From Nymphaea colorata (lineage: Eukaryota): a DNA stretch of 64,000 nt. The position numbers and the translations under genes were made by a program. Of this stretch, positions 35,701 through 51,500 are shown one piece after another. Below the pieces are notes generated by a model, which saw only the letters and a program-made list of their open reading frames with translations, searched no databases and had not been told where the DNA came from. Positions within the stretch are counted from its first letter, which is position 1. Every line of letters begins with the position of its first letter. Location of the stretch: assembly GCF_008831285.2 (NCBI RefSeq), contig NC_045138.2, positions 22,754,001 through 22,818,000 on the forward strand. The letters are read 5' to 3'.

Positions 35701-38700
35701 TAGTCTATTTCTCTCTCTCTGCATGTATGTTAATGGCATACTCATGGGGAGACATGTGAAATAGTAGATAGACAATTATTGTTGCAACTTGTGTTACCAA
35801 TATCATCATAATCAGCAACATATTTTGTGTCACTAATTAGTGAGACACATACATTTTGCCAAAAAAGTGTTGATTAATGGGAACTTTTGTGATGCCATTT
35901 GTGGTACAAGAAATATTCAGTGTCAATAAAAGTCTTAGTGAATTTATTATCATCTTTAATGTTTATGATCTAGTTTGGATATATGGTCATGGTTGAAACA
36001 ATTGTATTATATGAGGAATTTAGTGTAATTGATTCTTCAAGCCATGTTATTGAACAAATATTTATTTAAACTTACTTTTGATTGTTTTTTATGCAATCAA
36101 TGTGTAAAACATGGTTATTGACTAAAAGTAGTTATGTGATGCCAATATAAGTAGTTATTGAGATCTTTTGGACTAGACACATGCCAGGGGGACCTTTTGT
36201 TGGCAAGAAGCATAATTTTTCTTCTGCATTGCCTTTTTTGGGCACTGAAAAGAAGTTATTTTCATGATTTTGATTTTATACACATATAATTAATTACACA
36301 ACATATGTGAATTTGTTGTTCATTTTACATGGAGAGTGCAACATGAATTTGGCCTTTGAATACTATATTAAGTCGAAACAATGAGTACTTTATCCTCAAG
36401 CATAGGAAAAGGAACTTTTAAGTATTATTATTAAATTAATGCAAGGGTGAGTAGTAGATAACAACCTAACTCTTGTATATTTGATACTCTTCATACTTAA
36501 GAAGAATACTCTCACTAGATAGATGATAGAGAAAGAGGATTAATTGCTTGTATTAATCTACACTCTTGTGTACCTTAATTTTTGGACAAACTTTGGCTAT
36601 GCCATTAAGCCATGAATAATAGCAAATAATTAAGATTTGAAGTACAATTTCATGTTTCAAGTAATGCATGTAATTTGTTTTTTGAAAATATCCTACAATA
36701 TTATTTTTTCCTATATCAAGGCAAGTGGAAGACTCACCCAAAATATTATAGGTGCATGTAGTGCTTGACACAAAATGGATGTATAGGAAGCTAATTGGCA
36801 GGGCCAGGCCCACTTGGCTAGCCAAGCAAAACAAAAGGTGGGGATATTTACATTGTTTAACAAGTTTAATGCAGCACATCGTGAGTTGGCTTGAGCACAT
36901 TCTGGAGTTTCGTCTAATCATTTGTCAAAATTATAGTAATTTGAATTCCATTATCAATGCAAAAAATTCAAGTGTCCATTGGCACAAGAAAAAACATCAC
37001 GAGAGATAGTTTCCAAGTCCATGAGCTTGCCTCTTCCATTCCTTTTCTAGCTAATGATGATGAGAGGCAATCATCCAAATCATGAATTGGACATCTATTT
37101 TTTTGACATGCATGTTCATTATTTTGCCATTCCTTAATCCAAGTTGATTATTGTGTTTGCAATCCCTTAATCCAATTTGTTGTGTCAAATGGATGCAAAA
37201 CACATGTGAAGCATTATTTCTTCTGATGTATCCTAATGTTCTTTTGGATTTTTCTTTGGATCTACAAAATGTAATTGAATAATAGACTGAAGTATATGTT
37301 TCTTATCCTTTAGGATTGTAATCGTGTTTAGGATCTTTTCGTTTATGAAGTTGTTACTTAGTTTAAATAGCTACTAATTTAAGTGGACAACTTCTTTAGG
37401 TAATTATCTTTATTCTTTTTCATTTGTTTACTTTCTTGTTAAGATATCTCATGTTTAAATATGTGAAAACATTCATTCTTTTTACCTGGTCAGCAGACGT
37501 TCTAACTCCTCAATGTTTCACTACTTAATTTGCTTAATGATTTTTTTAATTATTCCATTCAGTTAAAGTTCTTGTTTTGCCCTAAGGTTCTTATTCTTCT
37601 TCAATTTGATTTGATTGCATTCACTTAACTCCTTTCACTTTGGTGGCACTAAACATATTTACCAATGGTTTGCATTGAGAAAAAAATGGAAAAGATGCCA
37701 TGGATAACAAGCTCGAGGGTAAGTTTTCTCCAACTCAAGGAGAAAGTTGCAACACATATACGAGACATTATTAACTTTCACTGCATTCTTTCTCCATCTA
37801 AATGTTCTTACTTTAGATTTGAATTTGGATCTATAAAATCAAATTGAGTAGTGGTTCAAGGCATTAAATTCATATCCTTTAGGAGTGTTATCAACAAGCC
37901 TTCTATTACATTATTTTGCCTAATGGTTTCCTATATTAATTATTTCCTTCAATTCAAGATTTTTCTTCTATAAGAGTCCATCTTTCTTAATCATGTCATA
38001 TTTGTTAGGTGTGGTTGCTTGCTTGATTTCATCTATATTCAGTTAAATAATGATGAAAAATTAATATCACCAATTCTTCATTTGAACACCAACTTATAGA
38101 TCTTAACACTTTGGTAGAAATCTCATAAAGTCCTTTTATGTGCAACTAATTAACTCTAGTAGATATATGATTCGCCAGTTGCATCTTTGATATTGTTCAT
38201 CTAAAATTTCCAAACCCATGGCTATACCTAGTTCAAATGATGGTTAGAAATGATTCTGTTCACAACTTAGCTTGTCATAAACCAATCTCTCCAATTCAAA
38301 ACTTCATTGACAACTATGCACACATTTAGGTTCCAACAACTTAATCAAATAATTTCTACCTTTTTCTTCCATCTTAGCCACTATCTTTTGCTTCATTTTG
38401 CCAGCTATATCTCAATATTTTTTGGATTTTGGAAACTTAAACAATTTGTACTTTGACTAAGGATGGATGATATAATGTTTACTTTCAAAATTGTGCTCGA
38501 GTTGCTGCGTAGGCAAACTCAACATATTATTGAACATACATGAAGTTCATGACCAGCGGCACAATGACATAATTTTTTCATTTTCTTTTGTGTAGCAAAG
38601 ATCTTTAGGGGCTGTTGAGAATTGTTTCATGATATTGTAGGCTTCAAAATGCCAATGCCAAGTGGAGTTGACAGGCTTCACTCAAAAGCCAAAATGGGAA

Positions 38701-39548
38701 AAGTTTTGGACAACTTAATCAATTACAGTGAGCACAAAAGCCACCTAGAAACCAACAAAGTTTTTCCAAATAGATTATTGGGTTTGCTGTACCGTGGAAA
38801 CCATCTTTCCATTAGATACCAAACATGGCATAGTTTGAAACAATGGACCAATGACCTAAGTTCGCTTGAAGACAAGTTAAATTGGATCAAGCCAGGTTTC
38901 CTCTTGATATAGCAAAAGAAATAACTTATTTAAATCACAAATCATAATTAAATATCATGGGATGGTTCCAATCGATAATGGAAAAGTTTGGACAATAATA
39001 CCTTTTGTTAAGAAAAAAACATAGCAAACAATTTTGTTTTTTCGTATAATCTCTATTAGCTCGTGTGTGCCTAAACCAATTGGTAGGTATTATATTGGCA
39101 CAACATGCCTTTAAACATCGTTTGTATCATTTTATACAATAATTCAGTCATGATACTCATGTTGGAACATTGGGCATGAGTCAGCCTGGAACAAGAAAAG
39201 GAAAAGTCTTTTACTTTAATGCCATGATTCATGAAAGAGGTTTAATTGACAAATCTATCCAAAGGGCTACCTCAAAAACATGACATGGCTCTCAATATTC
39301 ATACATTGATTAAGTTGCTACTCAATGTGAACTACAAAATCATTACACATTGGTTCCAAACGAGTATAGCTCAAAGTAGTTTTACAAAGATGTTCACATA
39401 ATTGTTGTCTATGGCAAAATATGTCCACTTGTTCGGCAGACACCTACAAATAGTCTTCAAAGGATCTTCAACTGTGAACCATTGTTTATGAGGGCCACCA
39501 TGCAAATAATGGCTGATCTGCTCTGAGCAAGAAGAAAATTATGAAAGC

Positions 39549-42500
39549 TTATGCCACCAACCACAGGAAAATTGTGGACCATAATGTAATTGATATAGAA
39601 GCCAAGAGATATGTCCACAAAAGAATCACAGAAGATTCATTTTCTCCACATCCAAATAATTGTGTAATTGTGCCTGCAATATGCTTAGATAAGTCACATG
39701 TATACAATCTTTCATTAAAGCAGCACAAGTAATAGTTCTATATGAACAAAATGATCTAGTTTCTTCACTATCTTTATGCAATATTATCTGTTATATTAGT
39801 TTCTAAAATTAGATATGTCACTACTGATCCATGTACCAAATGTGATGAAAGATTAATTCATCAACTTTGAAAGCAAACTCTATTTTCTTTCTAACCAACA
39901 TAATTTACATTATACAAGAAATGAAGGATAGTACTCATTATTAACTTAACCACATGCATAGACATAACTTATTCATCTGCGAGGAAACTAGAAAGTAATA
40001 AAATGAATATACCTATATTCACTGCTGGTGGAACTGCATATTGGATATAAAGAATAAACTGATATAGAGGATCTGAATGCACCAAGCCAAGCTTAATCGC
40101 CCCCTTAACAATGAATATACCCAATATTGGCATGAAAAGGTAACGAACTAGTATAACTCCAAGAATGAGTGTCTTTGGCATGTGAGATGGATTTACTCCT
40201 GCAAACATCTCAATGAGACATGCAATTGAAAGGCCTAATTTATGCTGAAAGGACAATTTTTTTTTTTCCTTTAGACAATTGGTTCCAATTGCCTTAAATC
40301 GACAAAGGGCACCCATTTCAATTCAATATATCTTTGAGAAATTTAGTTAAAAAAAATTCTGCAAGTATTACCTTTTGTAAGATTGCCTCCCATAATTAGG
40401 GTGACGGCAGGGATTGCTCCTTCACTACATAAAATTGTATAATATAATAAGCCTTAAGGTCAAAAGTATAACACTAGAATCCAAGAAAATTTCAACCTTT
40501 TTATGTCTTAGTGACGCATTGGATGTCAATAACAAATGTGGATAAAGAGCCAATGGTTTTGATCTCGCAATGAATATGTAAGAAATCCATGGATAGCCGA
40601 ACAAGAAACTAAATGAAAGAAAAATTTGCATCCTTTTCCGCTACCCGTATAGTCAAAATGATTTTTTTTTTTTTTTTTGTCATGAAGTATGCTGCCAACC
40701 TCACCCACAATGTAGAGACATGACATAGTCTGCTGAAATCATAGAAAGGTGTAAATAGTAAAAGGACATTGGGGTTGCATTCACATGATTTAATAGGGAT
40801 GGGGATGGCTTAGAAGTTTAGAATGTATATACAGATCCCATTTGCTAGATGGTGGATTGTTAAGAAAGTAATGATTTTAGAAGGAAATTCAAGAGTTTTC
40901 ATTAGCTCTTAGAAAAGATGAACAACAAAATGACAAGGTGGTTATGTAAGTTGAAAATATAAGGTTAATCCTCGAGAGTATATCAATCACCATCACTAGC
41001 AAAAGTGAGAATTGCTATATAAAATTAAAGATAGAGGATTGATCAAATATATTTCAAATTTACGGAAACCAGTTGCTTTGGGACCTTCCCCACCTATGAC
41101 ACCCCATGTTTGTAGAGATACTTGCAAACAGGTCCTAAGAATCGCGTGAAGTTGTATGTGCCACTATGACATATTGTACTTATATCACATTTTTAGATTT
41201 TAAGCTAAAGCACCTACTAGGCGGGTTGGAATTCAAAATATCAAATAAGTTGTCTTTGTTTTGGGTTTGGCCGCTATAATAGTCAACACAAACTCTCTTT
41301 GAATTTCAAGTTCTTTGAAAGCACATGCAAGGACAATGATGACGTAAAAAATATCAAAATGCAGAAAAGGTTAAGTGCTAACCAAGAACACTCGACTTTG
41401 CTTGCATGCATTACCTTCACAATGCATTGCATGGTAAGCAATCAAAGTCTGAAATCTAGGCCTCGGTTTCAAAAGAGCATTTTTGTTAAAAACAAAGAGT
41501 TCAAGTAATTTGTGTTTGGGTTGGACTGTTTTTGCAACTTGCCTTTTCTTAAAATTATCATCATCATTGTTAACGATAATTCTTTAATAACAAAAAAATT
41601 AAAATAATTTAAGTTGAGATAATCATGGCCACAAAAAAGATTTAGAAAAATGTTACAACTTCTTCGTCTAGTATGGTCACTCTTATAATTGGTATTATTA
41701 TATTATTTGTATCAATATAATGATGGTATTATAATCCGTAGGAGTTTTTCATATCATTGTTGTCATTCTCCTCATGATCTTCATAATAATAGATTGTTAT
41801 CATGATTATATTTATTATTTTAGTCATTTCACCTATGTGATAATTTATTATCATGATAGTTGGCATCATCATCATAACTATCATCTACATTGATCACCAG
41901 CCATGAATGTGTCCGTTATTTTCATGCCCTATGTGTCACCCACTTCAATTGATCACAAGAAAATGTCCTTAAGAGAAGCCGTTGACAACAAACATCATGA
42001 CATCCCCATGGTTAGCAAACATATCTTTTCTGCACATCCTCATCAAACCTTTTCTAGCACCATGCACAATGTTCATGTGTGCTTCATGCCTAAACACATG
42101 TTATCGTATGCATATGGAAAAGAAAGTGAGTGGAGCGCGCACACACACACACCTCACATGTGAGCATGCATCATACCCATGGTTATGGATGTGTCATCCA
42201 TTTATTATTCACTCATTATATACACACAAGCATAAGCAATCATGCATCACATGCAGTAGTAACATACAAGACGTTATTGTAACATGGTACATGACCAATG
42301 TACGTTTCATAAAATTAAAAAGCATATATAATTTAGTTGATGTGTCAAATGCATTGAAATACTGGAAAAGATCATCAATCTAGGTTATTGGATGGAAAGG
42401 CATGACACAACCTCTATCCTCATTGGACAATGGGTGGCATTCACTTAGCCATGGTGGAGGCCAGGCCCACAAATGGGTTGACTCTCCCTCTTCTAATGAG

Positions 42501-45500
42501 TGAATGAAAAGGGGAAAGAGAAGGAGCAAAAGGAAATAAATGAAAAAAAGATATAAAAATTTAAATTTACATAAGATATGGGGGACCTCAAGAAAACAAC
42601 AAGAGAAGAAAAGTGAAAAAAGATAGAAGAAGTTGTATCTTTATTTATTTCATTTTATTGCAAAAATAAAATAAATATGATGCACACACATCATGACACA
42701 CATGAACCTGGAAAATAGCATGCACATTCATGCATAAAGTGGATGCATATTTGAAAAAAAAAATTCCATACATGTAAAACATTTATACATTTAAGTCCAA
42801 GATATATAACTAACACATGTAAAATCATGCTCACAAACACATGTATGTAAGGATATGGTCAAATGTATACATAAGAATTCAGGGATATACCTCATAGCCA
42901 TTATTGATAAAACTGATCTGATGTTTAAACAAAACTAGTAGTGCCAACTTAGTTTAAAGAAAATAATGAACTTTTGAGCATAACACCTTGTGGTATTTCG
43001 TTGTCTCAGGATGACACTCATGACACTGATGGGTGAGCAACATAGTTTTGCATCCCGTAGTCAAAGGTTAGTCTAGGGCAACCCATAGACGAAGTCTAGC
43101 TCAATCTCTTGTTTGAGGTGACACTAGGTTTACTTTCACCTGAGAGGAGCCTTTGGTTGATTTTGAATAATTGGTATTGCAAGAGCCAACCTTGTGCTTA
43201 TGAAGAGGCTTCCCAATAGCCTCGAAAAAAGTAGAAAGTCTGACATCTAACACATTCTTTCTTGGGCAATAGATTTCCAAGAAGCTAATTACTTAATTCA
43301 TTTCTTTCATCCAGTTAAAGCAAGCTTGCTTACTCTAATTTTTTAACAAGTTTTAATTCAAACTCATTCATATAAAGGTTAGCATGACTTTAGATGTGCC
43401 TACTTATTTGTCCTAATCTGCAATCTCCTAATAATAAAGAAGTGCAATCTAGACTCAAGTTTGTACATAATCCTGATTAGGAGATAATCTCTTGAATTAT
43501 ATTTCTTTTAGTGCATGACAGGTTGGTCACCACCTCCAGCAGTAACAACATTAGATCGACCATAAATTGAATGGCTTAAATGACATTTGGGTTGCTAAAT
43601 GATGAACACAATGTCATTTAACTTTGTAATGACGGGAATGACCATCGTTTGGCTTGCTAGATGATGGAGATGGTCATCATTGAAGTCCTTGATCGTAGGG
43701 TTGACTATCATTCTAGGACCTTGGTGGCTGAGATGGTGATCATTACCCAATCCTCTTCAGGTGAATAGGAGGAGTATCTTATTGCACACCTGAGTAAGAG
43801 CTGATCCCCTTTCTCTTTGCCCCTAGGATTTAGGACTCTATTGGTGCTTGACGTGGAGCTTGCAAAATTAGCTAGTATACTAGTTGCCCACTTGGCACAG
43901 GGGATGACACCCATCCTACTAGAATAATAACCAGCTACTTACCATCATTTGAAAGATTTGAAGACATTTTGGCAATTGGACAACAATGACGTAGGGTTGA
44001 CTATCATTCTAGGACCTTGGTGGCTGAGATGGTGATCATTACCCAATCCTCTTCAGGTGAATAGGAGGAGTATCTTATTGCACACCTGAGTAAGAGCTGA
44101 TCCCCTTTCTCATTGCCCCTAGGATTTAGGACTCTATTGGTGCTTGACGTGGAGCTTGCAAAATTAGCTAGTATACTAGTTGCCCACTTGGCACAGGGGA
44201 TGACACCCATCCTACTAGAATAATAACCAGCTACTTACCATCATTTGAAAGATTTGAAGACATTTTGGCAATTGGACAACAATGATGTTTGATTGTTATA
44301 GGCTCATGCTATCATCATTAGAGTTCATTTTTGAAAAAATATTTTAATCATCTCAAGGCTTCAATGGCATGCAACATAGTGTGTCTTTGTTTGGTCCAAA
44401 AGACGAAATCTTGATGGTGGTGCCCTTGTCATTTGTTTCCCATCATCATTGGATTGGGTAGTCATTAGCTTATTGGAATCTAGTTAATTTTTTTAATATT
44501 ATCATCTGTAACACTGTAAGACAATGTCAAAAATCCTCCATTTAGGAAAACTATAAGTATGGACACTCTTTCTATGTTACAGACATCATAAACATTAGTC
44601 ATGACAAAGATTATGGAGGAGATCCCCAAGCAAAAAAAAGAGTCCATCAACCCTAGGAGTTCTGCCTATCTATGTCAAAAATAACTTGAACCCATATTTT
44701 GGGCCTTCTAATTTTCATCTTCTACCAAGAAAGTGGATTTTCATATAGTTAGTTTCATAATAGTTGTCAAAGTAATTTTTATGCCCATATGTGAGAAACA
44801 TATTTATAATTTAAAATAAGGTTTCTTGACTAAATAAAAAAAAAGGGTGTAATTTTCTGTTACCTTATCAAACACCAAATAAAATGCAAAACTACAATGG
44901 TTTAGCTTTCCTTATTTCAAACCTTGTGAAGATGAAACTCAAATGTAAATGTTACAAATGGCATCAATATAAACTAAATGGTTGGAAAATATGTTAACTA
45001 CTAATATGTTAATTATTTTGAGAAATTTAGAATTCTGGTGATGAAGAGATGCACTTAGTCTCACATTCGATCAAGTAGAAGATAACCTTCTATCAAGTAG
45101 AAGATAATCTATTTCAAAGAAAAAAAATGTTACTTTATGTAAGGTCTCTTAACGAATTCAAATCAACATTTATACGGAAAATCCATTTTTGATAATGGAA
45201 GCATGTTAAAGAACTACAGTTGGGAATTAGAAAATGAAAGCGATTTTGGAATGTACTAGTTTAAAATTACAAGATGGGCAATCATGAACAAATGAAAATA
45301 CATTTTTGAAACATATACTATCCAAACTAGCATGCTTACTATACCAAATTATGATTCAAATGTATAACAGGACACTTATGAATCCTAATTGGGCATTACA
45401 ATTGTGCATTGGCAGGAAATGCTTTAATTGAAAGATAGGGCCAACATAGAAGTTAATTAGCCATTAACAAGTGTTATCATGTTCATGAAACATATGTTAG

Positions 45501-48500
45501 CCAATACCAAATAACAAGCATGATTCAACCCATTAGGCATGAAAATTTTCAATATTGAATTTGAAAATATTAAGTATGCCAAGATACATCAAATGAAATT
45601 CAAGATGGCAATATTTAAAAAATCAATGACTCAATTTAAATAGTTGTTAGTTTATTAATTAAGCAAAATTAATTGAACTAATACAAATTAATATGAAGAC
45701 AATAGACTAAGCAATAAATTTTTATATTTCTCTCAATGCAATTATTGAAACAAAAATAACAAACCACTACTAAAAGAATTTCAATTGAAAAACTTTCATT
45801 ACAAAAACATGATGGTTATTCAGAGTACCTCAACAGTTCAGCAGAATCTTGGATAACATGAAGTGGAGCACCTTCCCCAATCATTGAAGTTCTGAATTGA
45901 GGAACAATCCCTATAATGAAACCCACAACCTATACAAAGGAAATGAACTAAACATAACTAGGCATGAAAGTACAAGGAAAAATCAACATGGATCAGGTAA
46001 ATGTATATGCATTCACAAATTTCTAGTTTAGGACCAATGATATCTTCTTTAGCGGAAGCGTTTTGCCAGCAACATGGTAAGATCAAAAAAATGTAACCCA
46101 ACGTCTACAAATAAAGTGAACTTATCATGTTGAATTCCTCATGCACATGTATGTGATGTCTAATAACGAAAGTGAAAAAAAAACTACTTAATATGTTGGC
46201 TTTTCAAGAAATTGATTTTGGAAAAGTTCAGGCCAATGTTGCTAACATTCTAGAGAATGTGAACAGATACCTTGGGTTATAGGACAAGCAATACGAAAAA
46301 AACAGAACAATATGCCAAATATTAACTACAAAGGTAATGGTAGTTCTGATGAAGGGACAGAACAACTTGTAACTCCACATGTATTTCAAAATTACAATCA
46401 ATATTCACCTAAGACCATAGGCTGCCTTTTGCATTTTTTTTACTAACAGTTAGGTTTTATTAAATCATAAAGAAGCACAAATTCTAAATGGAAAGAAAAA
46501 GGAAAATAAGATTACCACTCCAATAGTTGAAGGTGTCAACAATCTCTTTAATTGCATTTTGCAAGATAACATCTTTAAGGAATGGCTAAGCCTCACAATA
46601 ATTGAGTCCTGCAATTATGCATAAAATGACAATGTTCTCATTTTATAAATTAAGAATTTTCTAGCGAAGGTGAAAAATTATAAAAAATATCACAACACAC
46701 CAAAGTTCATCTTCCAAGAATACAATAAGTTTAGATAAATATTGAGAACATGTTAATGTCTTACTAAGAAATGTTGACACCAAACACTCCACATAGGAGT
46801 GCATTGGTTGCTCCTCCTCTACTCAAGCATCTAATAACCTTGAAATATCATGTTATAGATATAACCAACCCTTTATTCTATACATATGCTATAGAGATAT
46901 ACTTGGGGTTTTATTCTAAACATGGTTGCAACAAATTCAACTATTCATTTAGCCTATAAATTGTATTTTTAATTGAATTTACTACATTTCCTAAAAATTT
47001 TGCCTTGTTATGTCTAGTTATTATGTGTAACTAACCTAAAAGTCAATATTTTGTTTAAGATGTATTTCAAATTCTTAAAGTTTATGCATACTACTATAGA
47101 TTTTTTCCAACAAGTGAAAAATAACATAAGTAAAATCCATTGGCTTCATGAATTCTGAAGAGAGGTTATGTGAGTTATTAATGTATTTTCCATTATAGAG
47201 ACAAATGGTTTATCATATAGTTGGAACGGGGGTATTGCAATGGAAGTGATTGCCAAGCATGAACACATGGTTTTATCCCTAGTCCGTCTTTACGCAAGCC
47301 AAAGCTATAGATTGTAAGGAAGTAGATAGAAGGATCTTACCAGTGCTCCTAACTCCTAAAAGGGATGAGGCAAAGGGTTTCTTTCGGAATTTAATTAAAA
47401 AAAGATCATTATATTTTTTTATTCACTAATGACATGTTTGCAATTAAAATTCTTTAATGAAAAACTTGACATTTTCTCTTCAATTATGTTTGACAAGGTA
47501 TTGGTATTTCACCTTCCTAAAATGACTTCTAAATATAAAAATCACCTAATTTGATACACATCTCCTTATTGAAAGCCAATGATGGCTATATTTTCTTTAT
47601 ACAATATTATAAAGAAACATTTACAACTATATTCTTGAGCACCCCATGTTTTTAACAATAAAAGTGTCTTAAGCAACCTGCTATTTATAAGACAACGGAT
47701 TGACGGTTTGACCTTTAATTTAACTACATAATTATTATAGAAACCATTGCAAGTTGCTGGCTTTGCATTTTCGCTTTAGTGTGATTATCAAGTCTTGAGT
47801 TGACAAAATACTAAATCTGACCGCAATATTCGAACATAAAATTGATGAACAAATGCTTTGCTAAGTGATGTAGCACTCCTTCTTCGAAGCACGCCAATTA
47901 AACACATACCCTCTATGTAGACCAACTGGCCTAGTGGGCCCCTAGATGAGGGTGACAAGGTTCAATCATGGCTGTTTCCCTAGGACTGAGATCAACTAGG
48001 CACAAGGGTACATATGCATAGTCCACATGTACACCAATTCATCTGTGCCCATGCTTGTCCAAGAGGCACCAATTATCAGTCAAGCCCACTTGTTTACCAC
48101 CTCAACAATTCTCTACTTTGATAGTGCTGGTTAGGTCTACCTTCCATCTTACTAAACACTGGTGGGTCTGCATATATTAGTAGCAAAATTGGGCCCACAA
48201 CGAACTATGTTGCTCCACCAATCATTTGTAATTTCACCATCACATGCACAAGGAAAACCACTAGGTGTGGCATTCCTGAGCATTGACAAACTAAGAGGAG
48301 GGACATCATGAAGTTACGCTGAGTATAACATGTAGTTTTGGAGGAAGGTAACACCCATCTTTCACCTTGAGTTTACCAACAAGAGAAGGAAGGCCAACCA
48401 ATGCAGTGAAGTTGTGCCTTTGGAAGAGGCACCCTTTTGAATTAGAAGTAAAGATTTCCCCTATTTTTAAATTAGAAATAATTTTGTAAAATTTCATTAA

Positions 48501-51500
48501 ATATCTTTAGCATCTCAACTTTTTGACAAGTTAGGCAACTTCTTTTTTATTCAAGTTTATTTTCCCAAATAGGCTATTTAAGCTTTATATCCCTAGAGAA
48601 CTATATTAGATTTTCTAATGGAGAATTAAGCTAGAGTTTCCTTTCCTGGAGTGCTACATCCAAGCTTCTTCTTCCTCAAGGTTAGTCTTAAATCCCACAA
48701 ATGTCTATGCTAGTCTGGCCTACCTAATTCCATAGTCACCAAGGGGGTCACCTCCTTGGTCAGCATTAAGGCCCTTGTGTTTGGCAGCTCAACAGGAAGA
48801 CAATAGAGCTCTCCTACCCACAAGTCATTGCTGATCTTGTTAAGCACTACTTAATACATTGGTATAGTACATTGGGCCAATCATTGGCAGCTGATGTTTG
48901 AGGGACATTCTTGTCTGTGACGAGCCTTCTCCAACCTCAGCCATTATCTTCATCAACCTTTGTTGTACCACTTAGCATAAGGCAACCTTAGTTGAATAGA
49001 CTATTCTTCTTGCAATCTAGCCCTAACTTGACCTTGTGCAATAGAAGACCCATCTCCTTAGGCCAAGTCTGCAACATATGTCACCATCGCCTAGAATGAA
49101 TCAGTGGTAGGGCTCAAGAGCAGTTTGATAATTCATCAAGGCCTTAACTTTGCAACCTGAGCTCAGACTGCCTTGACACTCAAGCTGGAAAGTCGATAAC
49201 TAACTTTGCCATGCAAAAATGAGAAGGTTGTCTAAGCTAAGCAGTCACATGGCCTGGCCAAAGGTACACATATCTAAGGCAAGGTAGGCCAAGTTGGAAT
49301 CTTGTGAGGGCTCATTTTGGTTCTAGATTTAGCAGGCTACCAAGCCCCATGACAAACCCACATCACCTAGTTGTTTAGGGAGTTGGATTTATGACCTTCA
49401 AATTGAACAAGGTTAAGAGGTAATTAATAGCAACTTCAGACATTAACCATCTTAGTTTGCCTATTATTAGAACATGCTGTAACATTTAAATAATTGTGAT
49501 GTAGGACTTTACAAAAATGTTAATTTAGGTTAACATTTTTCTCAAATGATCTTTTTTTTCAAGCGAGCCCAAATCAAAAACTTGAAAGTGAAGCAACCGA
49601 GATTGCTACAATAAATAAAAACTTCCATTAATGTAGTGATTGGTAGTTAGTAATTATTATCAAAGAAGGTATTGAAGATCTATTGTATGTGATGACTATT
49701 GCATTAAAAACAAAGAAATTACCTTTTTATCAGTACAATCCTCAAATCGTAATAATGCCTCAGAAAGCTTTTCAGGAAGTTGCTCAGAAGTCCTATGGCT
49801 ATCAAGTGCAAGCAATGACTCTGTGTTGTTTGATGGGACCATATTTTGATTTTCACCATATAATGATCTCATATGAGATTTTGGTCCATCACTTGGCTCT
49901 CCAATCGTGCAATTTGAAAATGATATTCTCATGATATTGTAGGCAATTGACCACAAGAAGATTGCCCCTAACTGGATTTAAAGAATAAGAAAAATTAGTT
50001 TTAAGGTTCACTATATTGAAAAAAGTTAAAATTTTAAACATTCATAGAAAGTTGGACAATGTAGAATATAAAATGTCCAGAACATACTTACACCTCATAG
50101 AAGTACGACATATTTTGTAATCTCACGTAATCCAGTAGCAAAATTGATTAAAGAAATAATTTCTTTTAAGAACATACCGCCATTGATAATGATGCATATG
50201 ATAAACCATATCTTTCACAAACACTTGGATCACCAAAAGGACTTCCTTTTTCTTGACATATTGCCGGCACAATAATGAGAAGTAAGTTCCCTAGATTCCC
50301 TACTCCATCAAACAACAAGACATCAAAAGCAACAACAATTATAGTTCAATTCAAGAAAAAAAATTAAATGAGCCATGCTTTTTTGCATGGTCTATATAAA
50401 GTATAATGTATTTATTATAGCTCTTATGTGCAATAGAAATTTGATTTAACTGAGTTGCAATTAAGCCTTATATTGGGCATCAAAGTTACATATGTAGGAG
50501 ATTATGAAAAAAGTTAGTAAAGGTTAATTTCCAATTCTGGAGAAGCATCTAACTTATCATATGATGAGAATACTAAAATCAAAACATTTAATCATATTAA
50601 ATCTATAACATCTTGCTAGTCATAATGTTATACAAAGGCTTCGTTTTTTCATTAGGGATGACAAACTTCTAGAAGGCTTTGCAATGTTAATTGCTTAATT
50701 AGGTGTGGGGAGTGGAAGGAATATATAAAAAAGTATAAAATTTTGAAGGTATATTTGCTCTCAATTTTACCACACAATCGAGAAATAATTTTAAGCTATA
50801 GTTCAAAACTAGGTTTTATGTGTCTAAGTTGTATCAACATGTGGACCTTAATCACAATATAAGAAGTTTCATCTCTATTATCACTTTATGTTGGACAGAC
50901 CTTTTGGTGAACACAAAGATATATGTACTTTGTTAGCCATAGTAAATCTTAAAACCAAAATCTCAAGCAAGCAAAGCACATTTAAAAAAAAAATGTATTT
51001 AAAATCAGTCAAACATTCACATGTTTAGCTTGCTTGAATTGTTAATTTCTACTCAAATACATCTTTTATGTAGATTTTGTACAGAAGTCTCATACTTACC
51101 AGCTGAACAACATCCCAAGACTATGCCTTTTAGTTTGACAGGAGGGTTGACAATTTTTACAAGAATCCATCCAAAACAAATTCCAATAAGAAATGTGCAA
51201 AGGATGTTCACTGGCATGAACCACCTAAAATAAGGATGAAGTTTCATGTGAATGATAGTCATTATGAAAGTCTAAAGTAAGAAAGTGAAAGAAACTCACA
51301 ACAACATCATGCTTTCAAGGGTAACTGTTTTAGATAAGTTGGTAGACACCAGTGCTGGATTAAATACATAGAACACAATCTGCAAAAGAAACCATCAATG
51401 AACTTGTCTAAGAAAATGTGGTCAGTCATAAAAATAATAAATATGATCTTATCATACAGATGACGTACTCAAAACACATATTATATTAGCAGAGAAAACA

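Noticed and set aside
41000..43690. Possible LTR-retrotransposon remains in PILS intron 7 (also 48000-49400)
   Set aside because: No paired LTRs, PBS, PPT or clear pol motifs could be identified by eye.
43708..44210. Twin 68-aa ORFs
   Set aside because: They are products of the 296-bp duplication with no recognisable protein; at most a retroelement relic.
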